A stretch of DNA of 64,000 nucleotides from Alphaproteobacteria bacterium (lineage in GTDB: Bacteria; Pseudomonadota; Alphaproteobacteria; CALKHQ01), in NCBI GenBank assembly GCA_965227515.1, contig CBDDFZ010000001.1, positions 2,272,001-2,336,000 of the forward strand. The letters run 5' to 3'. Both the position numbers and the translations under genes were made by a program. The notes beneath the pieces are model-generated. The model did not search any database. It worked only from the letters and a program-made list of their open reading frames with translations, and had not been told where the DNA came from. Of this stretch, positions 55,228 to 64,000 are shown piece after piece; positions within the stretch are counted from its first letter, which is position 1; each line of letters opens with the position of its first letter.

Positions 55228-56034
55228 CTACACGACCTGGATCTTCAGGGCGCCCAGGTCCTCGATCTCGATCTCGACCGTCTGCTCGGCGTCCGGCCAG
55301 TAGGTCTTGACCAGGCTGCCAAGGGTTACGATCTGGCCGGCATGCAGGCCATGGGCTCCGGACGCCGGGCCATTGGCCAGCCAGGCGAGGGCGGCCAGCG
55401 GATCGCCCAGGATGTCGGCGCCGGTGCCGCTGCCGATCTCGCTGCCGTCGATCAGCAGGCGCCCGCCGAGGCGCTTCAGGTCGCGCGGGTCGAGGTCGAC
55501 GTTGGGCAGCCCGACGACGCACCCGTCATGGAAGAAGTCGTCGGCGACCAGGGTGAACACGTCGAGCGCGCGGTAGTCGACGTAGCGGTCGTCGACCACT
55601 TCGATGGAGGCCATGGCGGCACCAACCGCGCCGGCCACGTCGTCGATGTCGTAGGGCCGCCCGGCGGCCGGCAGGTCGGCGGACAACTGCACCGCGAGTT
55701 CGCATTCCATGCCGATGCGGCAATAGTCGCGCGCCGCCAATTCCACGCCGGTCTGCCACAGATGGTCGGCCAGCATGTGGCCTGCGCAGGGGCTTGGAAT
55801 GCCCAGATATTCCTGCATCACCGCGGTGGTGCAGCCGATCTTCCAGCCGGCGTGCCGGCCGCGGCCGCGTCGCCCCAGTTCGTCGGTCACCAGGTTCTGG
55901 ATCGCGTAGGCATCGGCTTCGCCGGTGGGCCGGTGCGCGTCGTCGAAACCGTCGAATGGTTGTGCAGCGCCGCGCCGCGCGGCGAGTATCTCCGCCGCTT
56001 CCCGCTGCTGCTGGTCGCTGCCGGCCGCGCTCAT
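55228..56034 (-). CDS. 2-keto-4-pentenoate hydratase / fumarylacetoacetate hydrolase family protein
   Basis: AYAIQ, GWKIGCT, ECELA, IEVVDDRY, LGDPLAALAWLAN, GQIVTLGS. Confidence 0.88.
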   Translation of the reverse strand: MSAAGSDQQQREAAEILAARRGAAQPFDGFDDAHRPTGEADAYAIQNLVTDELGRRGRGRHAGWKIGCTTAVMQEYLGIPSPCAGHMLADHLWQTGVELAARDYCRIGMECELAVQLSADLPAAGRPYDIDDVAGAVGAAMASIEVVDDRYVDYRALDVFTLVADDFFHDGCVVGLPNVDLDPRDLKRLGGRLLIDGSEIGSGTGADILGDPLAALAWLANGPASGAHGLHAGQIVTLGSLVKTYWPDAEQTVEIEIEDLGALKIQVV

Positions 56035-56058
56035 GCCTGCTGGCTCATTCGGGCACGC

Positions 56059-56820
56059 TCACTCGGGCGGGTCGCCGGGCTCGTGGCCCAGGCTGCGGAT
56101 CAGCGCGCGGATTTCGTCGGCCACCGCTTCCACCTCGGCGACATCGGTGCCGCGGGTAACCAGGCTGGTGCCAAACCGGCCGCCGCCATAGAAGGGATAG
56201 GAGCCGATGTCGACGCCGGGGTGGGCGGCCTGGATATCGCCCAGCCCCTTGGCGACGGTGCCCTCGCCAATCGGGGCGATCACGGTGCGCGAGACGACCT
56301 CCGCGCCGCCCTTCAGGGTGTGCTTGAAGCCGTCGAACATCGCCTGCATGATCCGCGGCACGCCGGCCATGACGTAGACATTGCCGACCTGGAAACCGGG
56401 CGCGCCGCTGACCGGGTTGTCGATCAGCGCGGCCCCCTCCGGCACGTCGGCCATCTTCAGCCGGGATTCGTTCAGCTCGATATCGCTGTCGGCATAGTGG
56501 CTTTCCAGCCTGCGGCGGGCTTCCGGATCGCGCACCACCTTGACGCCGAACGCCTTGGCCACCGACGCCGCGGTGATGTCGTCGTGGGTGGGGCCGATGC
56601 CGCCGGTGGTGAACACATAGTCATGGGCGGCGCGCAGGGCATTGACCGTCTCGACGATGGTGTCCTCGACGTCGGGCACCACCCGCACTTCGCGCAGTTG
56701 CACGCCGACCTCGTTCAGCCCCTTGCCCAGATAGGCCATGTTGAGGTCCTGGGTGCGGCCGGACAGGATCTCGTTGCCGATGATGACCAGGGCGGCGGTG
56801 ACGGTGCCGGCATCAGACAT
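56059..56820 (-). CDS. Molybdopterin-binding / CinA N-terminal family protein
   Basis: LVIIGNEILSGRTQDLN, FTTGGIGPTHDDIT, MAGVP, IGSYPF. Confidence 0.9.
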   Translation of the reverse strand: MSDAGTVTAALVIIGNEILSGRTQDLNMAYLGKGLNEVGVQLREVRVVPDVEDTIVETVNALRAAHDYVFTTGGIGPTHDDITAASVAKAFGVKVVRDPEARRRLESHYADSDIELNESRLKMADVPEGAALIDNPVSGAPGFQVGNVYVMAGVPRIMQAMFDGFKHTLKGGAEVVSRTVIAPIGEGTVAKGLGDIQAAHPGVDIGSYPFYGGGRFGTSLVTRGTDVAEVEAVADEIRALIRSLGHEPGDPPE

Positions 56821-57187
56821 TTGTCGGTTCCGCCTTGTCGTCGTCCTCGTCCTCCTCGATCTCCTCCTCGACGTCGCCGGCATCGCGATAGCCGTGCTGG
56901 CGCATGCAGCTTTCCACCAGGTCGGAGCGGCGATAGCGGTCGTCATAGGCGCGCAGGTCGTCGCGCAGCCCGAAGTCCTCGCGACCCGCCGCGACACCGA
57001 CCTGGGTGTCGGCAATGGTGGCGGCGAAGTCGTCGACCTGCTCCTCGGCATACGCCTCGCAGCGCGCGAGCATGGCCTCGGTTTCCGCCTCGGTGGCGCC
57101 GGCCTTGACCCATGTCGTGCTGAAACAGGCTGTCAGCAACAGGCAGGGCAGGGCGGCGAGGCTGAGCTTCAGGGGGGTGGAAAGCAC
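56813..57187 (-). CDS. Hypothetical lipoprotein
   Basis: GTG 57187 with a GGAG RBS; lipobox LLTAC; WVKAGAT..C...CMRQHGY pattern; acidic tail. Confidence 0.7.
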   Translation of the reverse strand: MLSTPLKLSLAALPCLLLTACFSTTWVKAGATEAETEAMLARCEAYAEEQVDDFAATIADTQVGVAAGREDFGLRDDLRAYDDRYRRSDLVESCMRQHGYRDAGDVEEEIEEDEDDDKAEPTNV

Positions 57188-57370
57188 GTGCAGGCTCCGT
57201 GGCGGTCGGTTTGCGCGGGCACGAGGCGGACTCGCGCGGTAGGCCGGCGCAGCATAAACCATACCGCCACCCATGTGGCATTCCTCAATGCAGGGCGATA
57301 AGGTCGCTGGCGCGGCGGTGCCAGCAAGAAGTGCTGCCTGAACGAATACGTCCACCTGGGGGAAGAACAC

Positions 57371-58888
57371 ATGCCGGCAGCAGTCGACGGGCTGACCATC
57401 GGGCTCGACATCGGCACCAGTGGCGCCAAGGCGGTGCTGGTGGGCCCCGACGGGTCCATCGTGGCGTCGGCCGATGCGGCCTATCCGCTGGCGACGCCGC
57501 GCCCGGGCTGGACCGAGCAGGATCCCGCCGACTGGTGGCGGGCAACCGTCGACATCCTGCGCCGCCTCGCCGCCGCCGCGCCGTCACCGCCGGTGGCGCT
57601 AGGGCTGACCGGCCAGATGCATGGTGCGACCTTCCTGGATTGCGACCACGAGGTCATCCGCTCCGCCCTGTTGTGGAACGACCAGCGCACGGCGGCGGAG
57701 TGCGATGAGATCACCCAACGGGTCGGCGCCGATACGCTGAAACGGATCGCCGGCAATCCGGCGCTGACCGGCTTTCAGGCCCCGAAGATCCTGTGGCTGC
57801 GCAATCACGAGCCGGAGGCCTATGCGCGAGTTACGGCCGTGTTGCTGCCGAAGGACTTCATCCGCTTGCGGCTGACCGGAGCCATGGCAACCGATGCGTC
57901 CGATGCCGCCGGCACGCTATTGCTGGACCTGAGTACGCGCACCTGGTCGCCGGAGTTGCTGAGAGCGCTCGACATACCTGAAGCATGGCTGCCGCGCGTC
58001 TACGAAGGCCCCGATGTCTGTGCCGCGATCAGCGACGAGGCCGCGGCGGCGACCGGGTTGCCGGCCGGCCTGCCGGTGGTCGCCGGCGGTGGCGACAACG
58101 CGGCGGCGGCGGTTGGCTGCGGCGTGGTGGAGGCGGGTCGCGGGTTCGTGTCGGTCGGCACGTCCGGGGTCGTGTTCGTGCATGCCGATGAGCCGAAGGT
58201 GGACTCCACCGGCGCGCTCCATGCCTTTTGCCATGCGGTGCCGCGCGGCAATCACCTGATGGGCGTGGTGCTGTCGGCCGGCGGTGCGCTGCGCTGGTTC
58301 CGCGACGTGGTTGGCGGCGGCGGTGGGCAGGGCAATGGCGATGAGTTCGGCGGTTTCGAGGGCATTCTGGAGGCGGCGGCCGGCGTGCCGCCGGGCTGCG
58401 ACGGCGTGCTGTTCCTGCCCTATCTGTCTGGCGAGCGCACTCCGCACATGGACCCGGATGCGCGCGCGGCGTGGACCGGCCTAAGCCTCGCCCACGGGCG
58501 CGACCACATGGCCCGCGCGGTGCTGGAGGGCGTGGCCTTCGCGCTGCGCCAGTCGGTCGACCTGATCCAGGGGCTGGGCACGCCCATCGACGGGCTCTAT
58601 GCCGTTGGCGGCGGCGTGCGCGGCGCGTTGTGGCGGCAAATCCTGGCCGCGGTGCTGCGTCAGCCGTTGCAGCGCCTGGCGGCGGAGGAGGGGCCGGCGT
58701 TCGGCGCCGCCGTGCTGGCGGCCGTTGGCGCCGGCGTGCATGCCGACCTCAACGCGGCGGTGAAGGCGGTGGTTCGGCCGCTGGGCCCGCCCGAGGCGCC
58801 GGACCCGGCGTTGATGGAGGCCTACGAGGCACCTTACGCGGCCTATAACGCCCTCTACCCGGCGCTGAAGGCCGCCCGCGAGAGGTAG
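57371..58888 (+). CDS. xylB: Xylulokinase (FGGY family)
   Basis: IGLDIGTSG, GWTEQDP, GLTGQMHG, LWNDQRT, APKILWL, GGGDNAAAAVG, FLPYLSGERTP. Confidence 0.92.
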   Translation: MPAAVDGLTIGLDIGTSGAKAVLVGPDGSIVASADAAYPLATPRPGWTEQDPADWWRATVDILRRLAAAAPSPPVALGLTGQMHGATFLDCDHEVIRSALLWNDQRTAAECDEITQRVGADTLKRIAGNPALTGFQAPKILWLRNHEPEAYARVTAVLLPKDFIRLRLTGAMATDASDAAGTLLLDLSTRTWSPELLRALDIPEAWLPRVYEGPDVCAAISDEAAAATGLPAGLPVVAGGGDNAAAAVGCGVVEAGRGFVSVGTSGVVFVHADEPKVDSTGALHAFCHAVPRGNHLMGVVLSAGGALRWFRDVVGGGGGQGNGDEFGGFEGILEAAAGVPPGCDGVLFLPYLSGERTPHMDPDARAAWTGLSLAHGRDHMARAVLEGVAFALRQSVDLIQGLGTPIDGLYAVGGGVRGALWRQILAAVLRQPLQRLAAEEGPAFGAAVLAAVGAGVHADLNAAVKAVVRPLGPPEAPDPALMEAYEAPYAAYNALYPALKAARER

Positions 58889-58949
58889 AGCGCAGGGCGT
58901 CAGTTCTGCATCTGCATCAGCACTTGGGCTTGCCGCCACGCCACTGACA

Positions 58950-59093
58950 CCATTGTCATCCTTGACCGGCGCGCCTGGAACTTGTTCCGCGTGCCGGGTC
59001 GAGGATCCATCGATGATTTCGCGCGAAAGGTGGAATGGATCCCCGGCGCTCGGTCCATCGCTGCGCTTGGACCTCGGCCAAGGATGACAATGG
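58950..59093. repeat. GTCATCC-family REP-like palindromic element
   Basis: 15-bp perfect terminal inverted repeat ccattgtcatccttg / caaggatgacaatgg, with inner ggatccat / atggatcc. Confidence 0.8.
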
Positions 59094-59400
59094 GGGAGTT
59101 GTTAGTGCCCGGCGATCTGGGGCCGGTGTCGACTAATGCGATCATGCTCCAGCGACCGACGCACTTCTCTCAGGTCTTTTCGGGCGAGCGCCGGCTCGAA
59201 CCCATCCGATCCCATGCCGGTGCCCATCGGCGCACCATGCCATCCCATGCGAGGCCGAAACCCCGGCCGTCAGGTGTCGAGACGCGGCCTGTAATTACGC
59301 GCAAATGGTGCTAGCGCGACAGTCGATCTGCGAACAATTCATGAACGATTACTTTGCCGATCCCATCGAGCAGGCGCACTTGTCTCGACAAAATGCATTC

Positions 59401-59456
59401 ATCCCATGCAAAACCATTGAATCCCATAAATCACCATGCTACACCAATTTCATCCA
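59401..59456. promoter_or_regulatory. 10-bp-phased CCA (reverse TGG) repeats: probable MraZ binding array
   Basis: atcccatgca/aaaccattga/atcccataaa/tcaccatgct/acaccaattt/catcca: six units in exact 10-bp register upstream of mraZ. Confidence 0.65.
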
Positions 59457-59592
59457 GGTGGTTTGGGCGCATTGAACCCACCCGGAGACACCCCGAGACG
59501 CATGTGGGCAATTGGTGAAGTCGGGGTGATCGCGAAACCTCCCGATGCGGCGGGAAACGGTCGCCGGGATGGCTGGCACAGGGGAGAGGCAT

Positions 59593-60069
59593 GTGCCGCT
59601 GTTTCTTTCGGAGCACGCAAACAAGGTCGATAAGAAGGGACGTGTCTCGGTGCCGGCGCCCTATCGCACCCAGCTTGCGCCCAGCCCACCTCAGACAATC
59701 TACGGTTTGCGGTCATTCGACCTCGGCCCCAAGTGCATCGAAATGTGGCCCTACGAGCGCATCGAGCGCTTGCAGCAGTCGTTCGACGACAACCCCGACG
59801 CGGCCGACGACGAACAACGCAATCTCGCACTCTACATCTTTTCGGAATCGCGTCCATTCACGACTGACGAGACCGGACGCATTCAATTGCCTTCGGATTT
59901 CCTCGAACACGCCGGAATTGACGGCGAAGCCTTGTTCGTCGGGTGCGGGTCCAAGTTCCAGGTCTGGCAGCCCGAGGCTTATCGCGCGGTCAAGGACGAC
60001 ATGCGCAACGGCGCCGCACAGCCGACAGCCGGCGCCACTTTGCACCGAATGATGGCGAGACGGTCATGA
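59593..60069 (+). CDS. mraZ: Transcriptional regulator MraZ
   Basis: LFLSEHANKVDKKGRVSVPAPYR, DETGRIQLP, FVGCGSKFQVWQP; first gene of the dcw cluster. Confidence 0.93.
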   Translation: MPLFLSEHANKVDKKGRVSVPAPYRTQLAPSPPQTIYGLRSFDLGPKCIEMWPYERIERLQQSFDDNPDAADDEQRNLALYIFSESRPFTTDETGRIQLPSDFLEHAGIDGEALFVGCGSKFQVWQPEAYRAVKDDMRNGAAQPTAGATLHRMMARRS

Positions 60070-61133
60070 TGAACGCGATGCCTGATCCAGCAATTCTGTC
60101 CCGCAACGGCGACATGGCCGCGCCGCCGGCCAAGGCGCCGCACACGTCGGTCATGGCCGACGAGGTGATCGAGGCGCTGCAGCCGCGCGACGGCGGCGTC
60201 TATGTCGACGGCACCTTCGGCGCCGGCGGTTACACCCGTGCGCTGCTCGCCAGCGCGGCCTGCTTCGTGTGCGCCATCGACCGCGACCCGCATGCGGTGG
60301 CGATCGGCCGCCGGTTGGCGCGCGACTATCCCGGCCGCCTGATGATGATCCAGGGGCGTTTCGGCGACATGGCGACCCTGCTCAGCGACCGCGGCATCGA
60401 GCATGTCGACGGCGTGGCGCTGGACCTGGGTGTGTCGTCCATGCAGCTCGACGATGCCGAGCGCGGCTTCTCCATCCGTCATGACGGTCCCATCGACATG
60501 CGGATGGACGACACCGACGAGGACGGGCCGACCGCCGCCGACCTGGTGAACTGCTGGTCGGAGCGTGAGTTGCGCGAGATCATCTCGCGCTATGGCGAGG
60601 AGCGCCGGGCGGGTGCCGTGGCGCGCGCGATCGTGCGCGCCCGCCTCGACGGGCCGATTGCCACCACCCACAAGCTTGCCGAGGTGGTGCGCCGCGCGGT
60701 CACCGCCGGCCAGAAGCCGACGCGGGGACGCGGGCCTGACAAGGTCCAGATCGACCCGGCAACGCGCACGTTCCAGGCCCTTCGCGTGAAGGTCAATGAC
60801 GAGATCGGCCAGCTCGAGAAGGGGCTGGAGGCGGCCGAGCGGATGCTGCTGCCCACCGGTCGGCTGGCAGTCGTCAGTTTCCAGTCATTAGAGGATCGCG
60901 CAGTGAAGTCGTTCCTGCGCGTGCGTAGCGGCGCAGCGCCCAACCCCTCCCGTCACCTCCCCGACGTGCTGCGCCGCCCGCCCCCTACGTTCCGCATGGT
61001 CGCCGGCAAGCTGCTGCGGCCGAGCGCGCGCGAGGTCGACGCCAATCCGCGCGCCCGTTCCGCCAAGCTGCGCATTGCCGAGCGCACGGGCTCGTCCGTC
61101 GTGCCGACAGGACCGCGAGGCGCACTGTCATGA
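60066..61133 (+). CDS. rsmH: 16S rRNA m4C1402 methyltransferase
   Basis: HTSVM, VDGTFGAGGY, LDLGVSSMQLD, DPATRTFQALR, NPRARSAKLR. Confidence 0.96.
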   Translation: MMNAMPDPAILSRNGDMAAPPAKAPHTSVMADEVIEALQPRDGGVYVDGTFGAGGYTRALLASAACFVCAIDRDPHAVAIGRRLARDYPGRLMMIQGRFGDMATLLSDRGIEHVDGVALDLGVSSMQLDDAERGFSIRHDGPIDMRMDDTDEDGPTAADLVNCWSERELREIISRYGEERRAGAVARAIVRARLDGPIATTHKLAEVVRRAVTAGQKPTRGRGPDKVQIDPATRTFQALRVKVNDEIGQLEKGLEAAERMLLPTGRLAVVSFQSLEDRAVKSFLRVRSGAAPNPSRHLPDVLRRPPPTFRMVAGKLLRPSAREVDANPRARSAKLRIAERTGSSVVPTGPRGALS

Positions 61134-61825
61134 TGCGCTGGTCCATCCTGTTCTGGCTTGTGGTCGTCGCCGGTGCCGGCGGCTGGCTGTACAACATCAA
61201 GTACAAGGTCATCGGTCTCGAGGACCAGATCGCGGCGTTCGACCGTGAGATGCAGGCCGACCAGGACGCCATCCAGATCCTCGATGCCGAGTGGAGCCAC
61301 CTCAATTCGCCGGAGCGGCTTGAGGACCTGATCGCGCGCCACCTGGAGATGGAGCCGGTGACCGCCGCCGACATGGTGACGCTGGCGAGCCTGCCGATGG
61401 CCGATCCCAACCGGGCCGGCCCCAGCCTGGGCAACACGACCCCGGGGGCCGGTGCGCTGTCGCCGGATGCACCGCCGCTGCCTGTGCTGATGCCCGAGCG
61501 GCATCGTGCGCCGGGCAGCCCGGATGTGCCCGACACGGCGCCCGCGCCGGCTGACGAGCCCGGCATCGACGACCTGATCCTGGCCGACATCACCCGCGAT
61601 CCCACTGCCGCGCCGCCGCCTGTCGACGCGCCCGCGCCCCTGGTGCCGGCCGAGCTCGCCTTGCAGCCCGTGCAGCCGAAGCCGGCGCAGGACCCGATCA
61701 CCGCCCTGATCTCGGACGTGCTGACCGAGCCGCGCGCGGCCATCGGCACCGCCGCCGCCGATGCAAACGTCACCGTCGACGGCGCGATCTCCGCCGTCGC
61801 CTTCCAGCCGGGTGGTGCCCAGTGA
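61130..61825 (+). CDS. ftsL: Cell division protein FtsL with a long Pro/Ala-rich tail
   Basis: Lies between rsmH and ftsI; TM, LYNIKY coiled coil, AEWSHLNSPERL. Confidence 0.85.
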   Translation: MMRWSILFWLVVVAGAGGWLYNIKYKVIGLEDQIAAFDREMQADQDAIQILDAEWSHLNSPERLEDLIARHLEMEPVTAADMVTLASLPMADPNRAGPSLGNTTPGAGALSPDAPPLPVLMPERHRAPGSPDVPDTAPAPADEPGIDDLILADITRDPTAAPPPVDAPAPLVPAELALQPVQPKPAQDPITALISDVLTEPRAAIGTAAADANVTVDGAISAVAFQPGGAQ

Positions 61826-63546
61826 CGCTGTCGCGCCGCAAAGCCAACGCCAAGCCGCAGGGGGTGTTCTCCGTCGGCGCGGACGTCCAGTTGGACGGGC
61901 CGCGGCGCATCGAGACCCTCGCCAGCAAGTCGGTCGAGGTGGCGCGCACCCGCCTGGTGATCGCCAGCGTGTTGTTCCTGCTCGGCTTCGGCGCGGTGGC
62001 GCTGCGCCTGTTCGAGACCATGGTGCTGACCGGCGGCCTGACCGCGGCGGCGAACGCGGCCGACCTGTCCGAGATCGCGGCCCGGCGCGGCGACATTGTC
62101 GACGCCAACGGCACCATCCTGGCCACCAGCGTCAGCACCGCGTCGCTTTACGCCAATCCGCGCGAGATCATCGATATCGACGCGGCGGTGTCCGCGTTGC
62201 TGACGGTGCTGCCGGATATCGACGTCGAGCTGATCCACCGCCGCCTGTCGAGCGACCGCCAGTTTGTCTGGCTGCAGCGCAATCTGACCCCGCATCAGCA
62301 TTTCGAGGTCTTCCAGCTCGGCATTCCCGGCTTCGATTTCGTCAGCGAGGCGCGGCGCATCTATCCGCAGGGCGCGATCTCCGGCCACGTGGTCGGCTTC
62401 ACCGACGTGGACGGCCACGGGCTGGCCGGCGTCGAGCAGTCGTTCGACGAGCAGTTGGCGGCCGGCGAGGATATCGCCCTGTCGCTGGATCTGCGGGTGC
62501 AGCACATCGTCCGCGAGGAACTGGCGGCGGGTATGGCCGAGTTCCAGGCCATCGGCGGCGCCGGCATCGTGATGGACGTGACCGACGGCCGTGTCGTCTC
62601 CCTGGTCTCGCTGCCCGATTTCGATCCCACCGCGCCCGGCGACGCCGATGAGGATGCGCGTTTCAATCGCGCGACACTGGGCGTTTTCGAGCTCGGTTCG
62701 GTGTTCAAGATGTTCAACACCGCGATGGCGCTGGACGCCGGCGTGGCCAACGTGAATTCGATCTTCGATGCCACGCATCCGCTGCGCTACGGCCGGTTCA
62801 CCATCAACGACTTCCACGCCAAGTACCGGCCGCTGTCGGTGGCGGAGATCCTGCTCTATTCGTCGAACATCGGCTCGGCGCGTCTGGCCATGGCCGCGGG
62901 CACGGAGCGCCAGCAGTCGTTCATGGAGCGCGCCGGCATGCTGGAACGCTCGCCGATCCAGTTGCCGGAGGTCGGTGCGCCACTGGTGCCGTCGCCCTGG
63001 CGCGAGATCAACATGATCACCATCGCCTTCGGCCACGGCCTGGCGGTGAGCCCGATGCAGCTCGCCAGCGGCTATGCCGCCATCAGCAACGGCGGCGTCA
63101 TGTACCCGGCAACGCTGTTGAATACGACCGACGTGCCGGTGCAGGGCAATCGCCTGATCTCCGAGGAGACGTCGCAGACCATGCGCCGGCTGCTGCGCAT
63201 GGTGGTGCACGACGGCTCCGGCCGCGCGGAGGCGCCGGGCTACGTCGTCGGCGGAAAGACAGGCACCGCCGAGAAGGCATCCGGCCGCGGCTATAGCGAG
63301 AGCAACCTGCTGTCGACCTTCGTCGGTGTGTTCCCGATGCACGATCCGCGCTATGTCGTGCTGATCTCGCTGGACGAGCCCCGGGGCAACGAATCCACCC
63401 ACGGTTTCGCTACCGCCGGCTGGGTCTCGGCCCCGATTGTCAGCCGCATCGTCAGCCGCATCGGCCCGCTCATGGGGGTCGAGCCGGTGGACGAGGACGA
63501 TCCGGCCGTGCTGGCCGTGACCGACCTCGACGGGCCCTGGCGATGA
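61822..63546 (+). CDS. ftsI: Penicillin-binding protein 3 (septal transpeptidase)
   Basis: RGDIVDANG, ELGSVFK (SxxK), SSN, KTGT. Confidence 0.95.
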   Translation: MTLSRRKANAKPQGVFSVGADVQLDGPRRIETLASKSVEVARTRLVIASVLFLLGFGAVALRLFETMVLTGGLTAAANAADLSEIAARRGDIVDANGTILATSVSTASLYANPREIIDIDAAVSALLTVLPDIDVELIHRRLSSDRQFVWLQRNLTPHQHFEVFQLGIPGFDFVSEARRIYPQGAISGHVVGFTDVDGHGLAGVEQSFDEQLAAGEDIALSLDLRVQHIVREELAAGMAEFQAIGGAGIVMDVTDGRVVSLVSLPDFDPTAPGDADEDARFNRATLGVFELGSVFKMFNTAMALDAGVANVNSIFDATHPLRYGRFTINDFHAKYRPLSVAEILLYSSNIGSARLAMAAGTERQQSFMERAGMLERSPIQLPEVGAPLVPSPWREINMITIAFGHGLAVSPMQLASGYAAISNGGVMYPATLLNTTDVPVQGNRLISEETSQTMRRLLRMVVHDGSGRAEAPGYVVGGKTGTAEKASGRGYSESNLLSTFVGVFPMHDPRYVVLISLDEPRGNESTHGFATAGWVSAPIVSRIVSRIGPLMGVEPVDEDDPAVLAVTDLDGPWR

Positions 63547-63556
63547 GGGCGGCGCG

Positions 63557-64000
63557 ATGAGAGCGAACGATATCGACATGCGCCTGAACGAGCTGTTGCG
63601 CGCCGCCGGCCTGGACACGCTGGCCGATGCCCTGGACGCCGATCCGGAGATCACCGGCCTGGCGAGCGATTCCCGGCTGGTCGAGCCCGGCAATCTTTTC
63701 GCCGCCACCCCCGGCACGGCGGTGGACGGGCGCGCCTTCATTCCCGATGCGCTGGCCAAGGGCGCCGGCGCCGTGCTGACCGAACCGACACCCGAGCTTC
63801 ACGGCGGCTACTCCGCACCCGAGGTCGCATCCCCTGTTGCATCACCCCGTGCACCCCTAGTCGCGACCGACAATGTGCGCCGCACACTGGCGCGCATGGC
63901 CGCCGCCTTCTATCGCCCGCAGCCGTCCGTGATGGCGGCTGTTACCGGAACCAGTGGCAAGACGTCCGTCGCCACGTTCACACGACATCTCTGGAATGCG
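63557..64000 (+). CDS. murE: UDP-N-acetylmuramoyl-L-alanyl-D-glutamate--diaminopimelate ligase (partial, runs off the window)
   Basis: Manual translation: ITGLASDSRLVEPGNLFAA..G..DGRAFIPDAL...AVTGTSGKTSVA; follows ftsI. Confidence 0.92.
   Translation, partial: MRANDIDMRLNELLRAAGLDTLADALDADPEITGLASDSRLVEPGNLFAATPGTAVDGRAFIPDALAKGAGAVLTEPTPELHGGYSAPEVASPVASPRAPLVATDNVRRTLARMAAAFYRPQPSVMAAVTGTSGKTSVATFTRHLWNA

Noticed and set aside
57371-58888. Orphan xylB as a novel pathway
   Set aside because: Stand-alone FGGY kinases are common and partner genes may lie elsewhere; nothing here supports novelty.
59100-59590. RNase P RNA (often upstream of mraZ in Alphaproteobacteria)
   Set aside because: The conserved GAGGAAAGUCC and ACAGAA..CGGCUUA segments were not found on either strand.
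61130-61825. Unusually long FtsL
   Set aside because: Low-complexity Pro/Ala C-terminal extensions are common in alphaproteobacterial FtsL.
60985-63759. 924-aa minus-strand ORF and similar long antisense ORFs (5352-6869, 14537-16681, 33673-35253, 36870-38579, 55342-57108)
   Set aside because: These are typical high-GC shadow frames opposite well-supported genes.

Overview
This is a GC-rich alphaproteobacterial chromosomal window (Rhodospirillales-like, inferred from gene content) with about 55 genes, and I saw no rRNA, tRNA, CRISPR array or intact transposase. Housekeeping and ordinary content: a DegP/OmpR-family two-component cluster, a hybrid histidine kinase, a Phd-Doc toxin-antitoxin pair, acuC, a TPP-riboswitch-controlled ThiXYZ-type ABC transporter, a hydantoinase/oxoprolinase A subunit, an RND pump, prfB with its +1 frameshift, gabD, nudC, an MHYT-PAS-GGDEF-EAL protein, xylB and the start of the dcw cluster (mraZ-rsmH-ftsL-ftsI-murE). 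The most notable items are six. (1) An uncharacterised five-gene envelope operon at 36.7-41.2 kb (SBP-OmpA fusion, vWA, OmpA, Coq4-motif protein, XpaC-like), preceded by an IS-derived MITE and followed by an AT-rich PIN-like gene where telA would be expected. (2) An S41 peptidase-gltS-TAXI lipoprotein cluster with no TRAP membrane subunits. (3) A sco-DUF2946-PCuAC copper locus whose RSPP-coding end is perfectly complementary to the downstream ribosome-binding site, a probable ribosome-stalling attenuator. (4) A sigma-EcfG-type promoter driving two micro-proteins the ORF track missed. (5) A duplicated, internally deleted thioesterase among AT-rich orphan genes. (6) Several families of REP/MITE-like palindromes and short tandem duplications. 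All family assignments come from motif recognition, not database searches.
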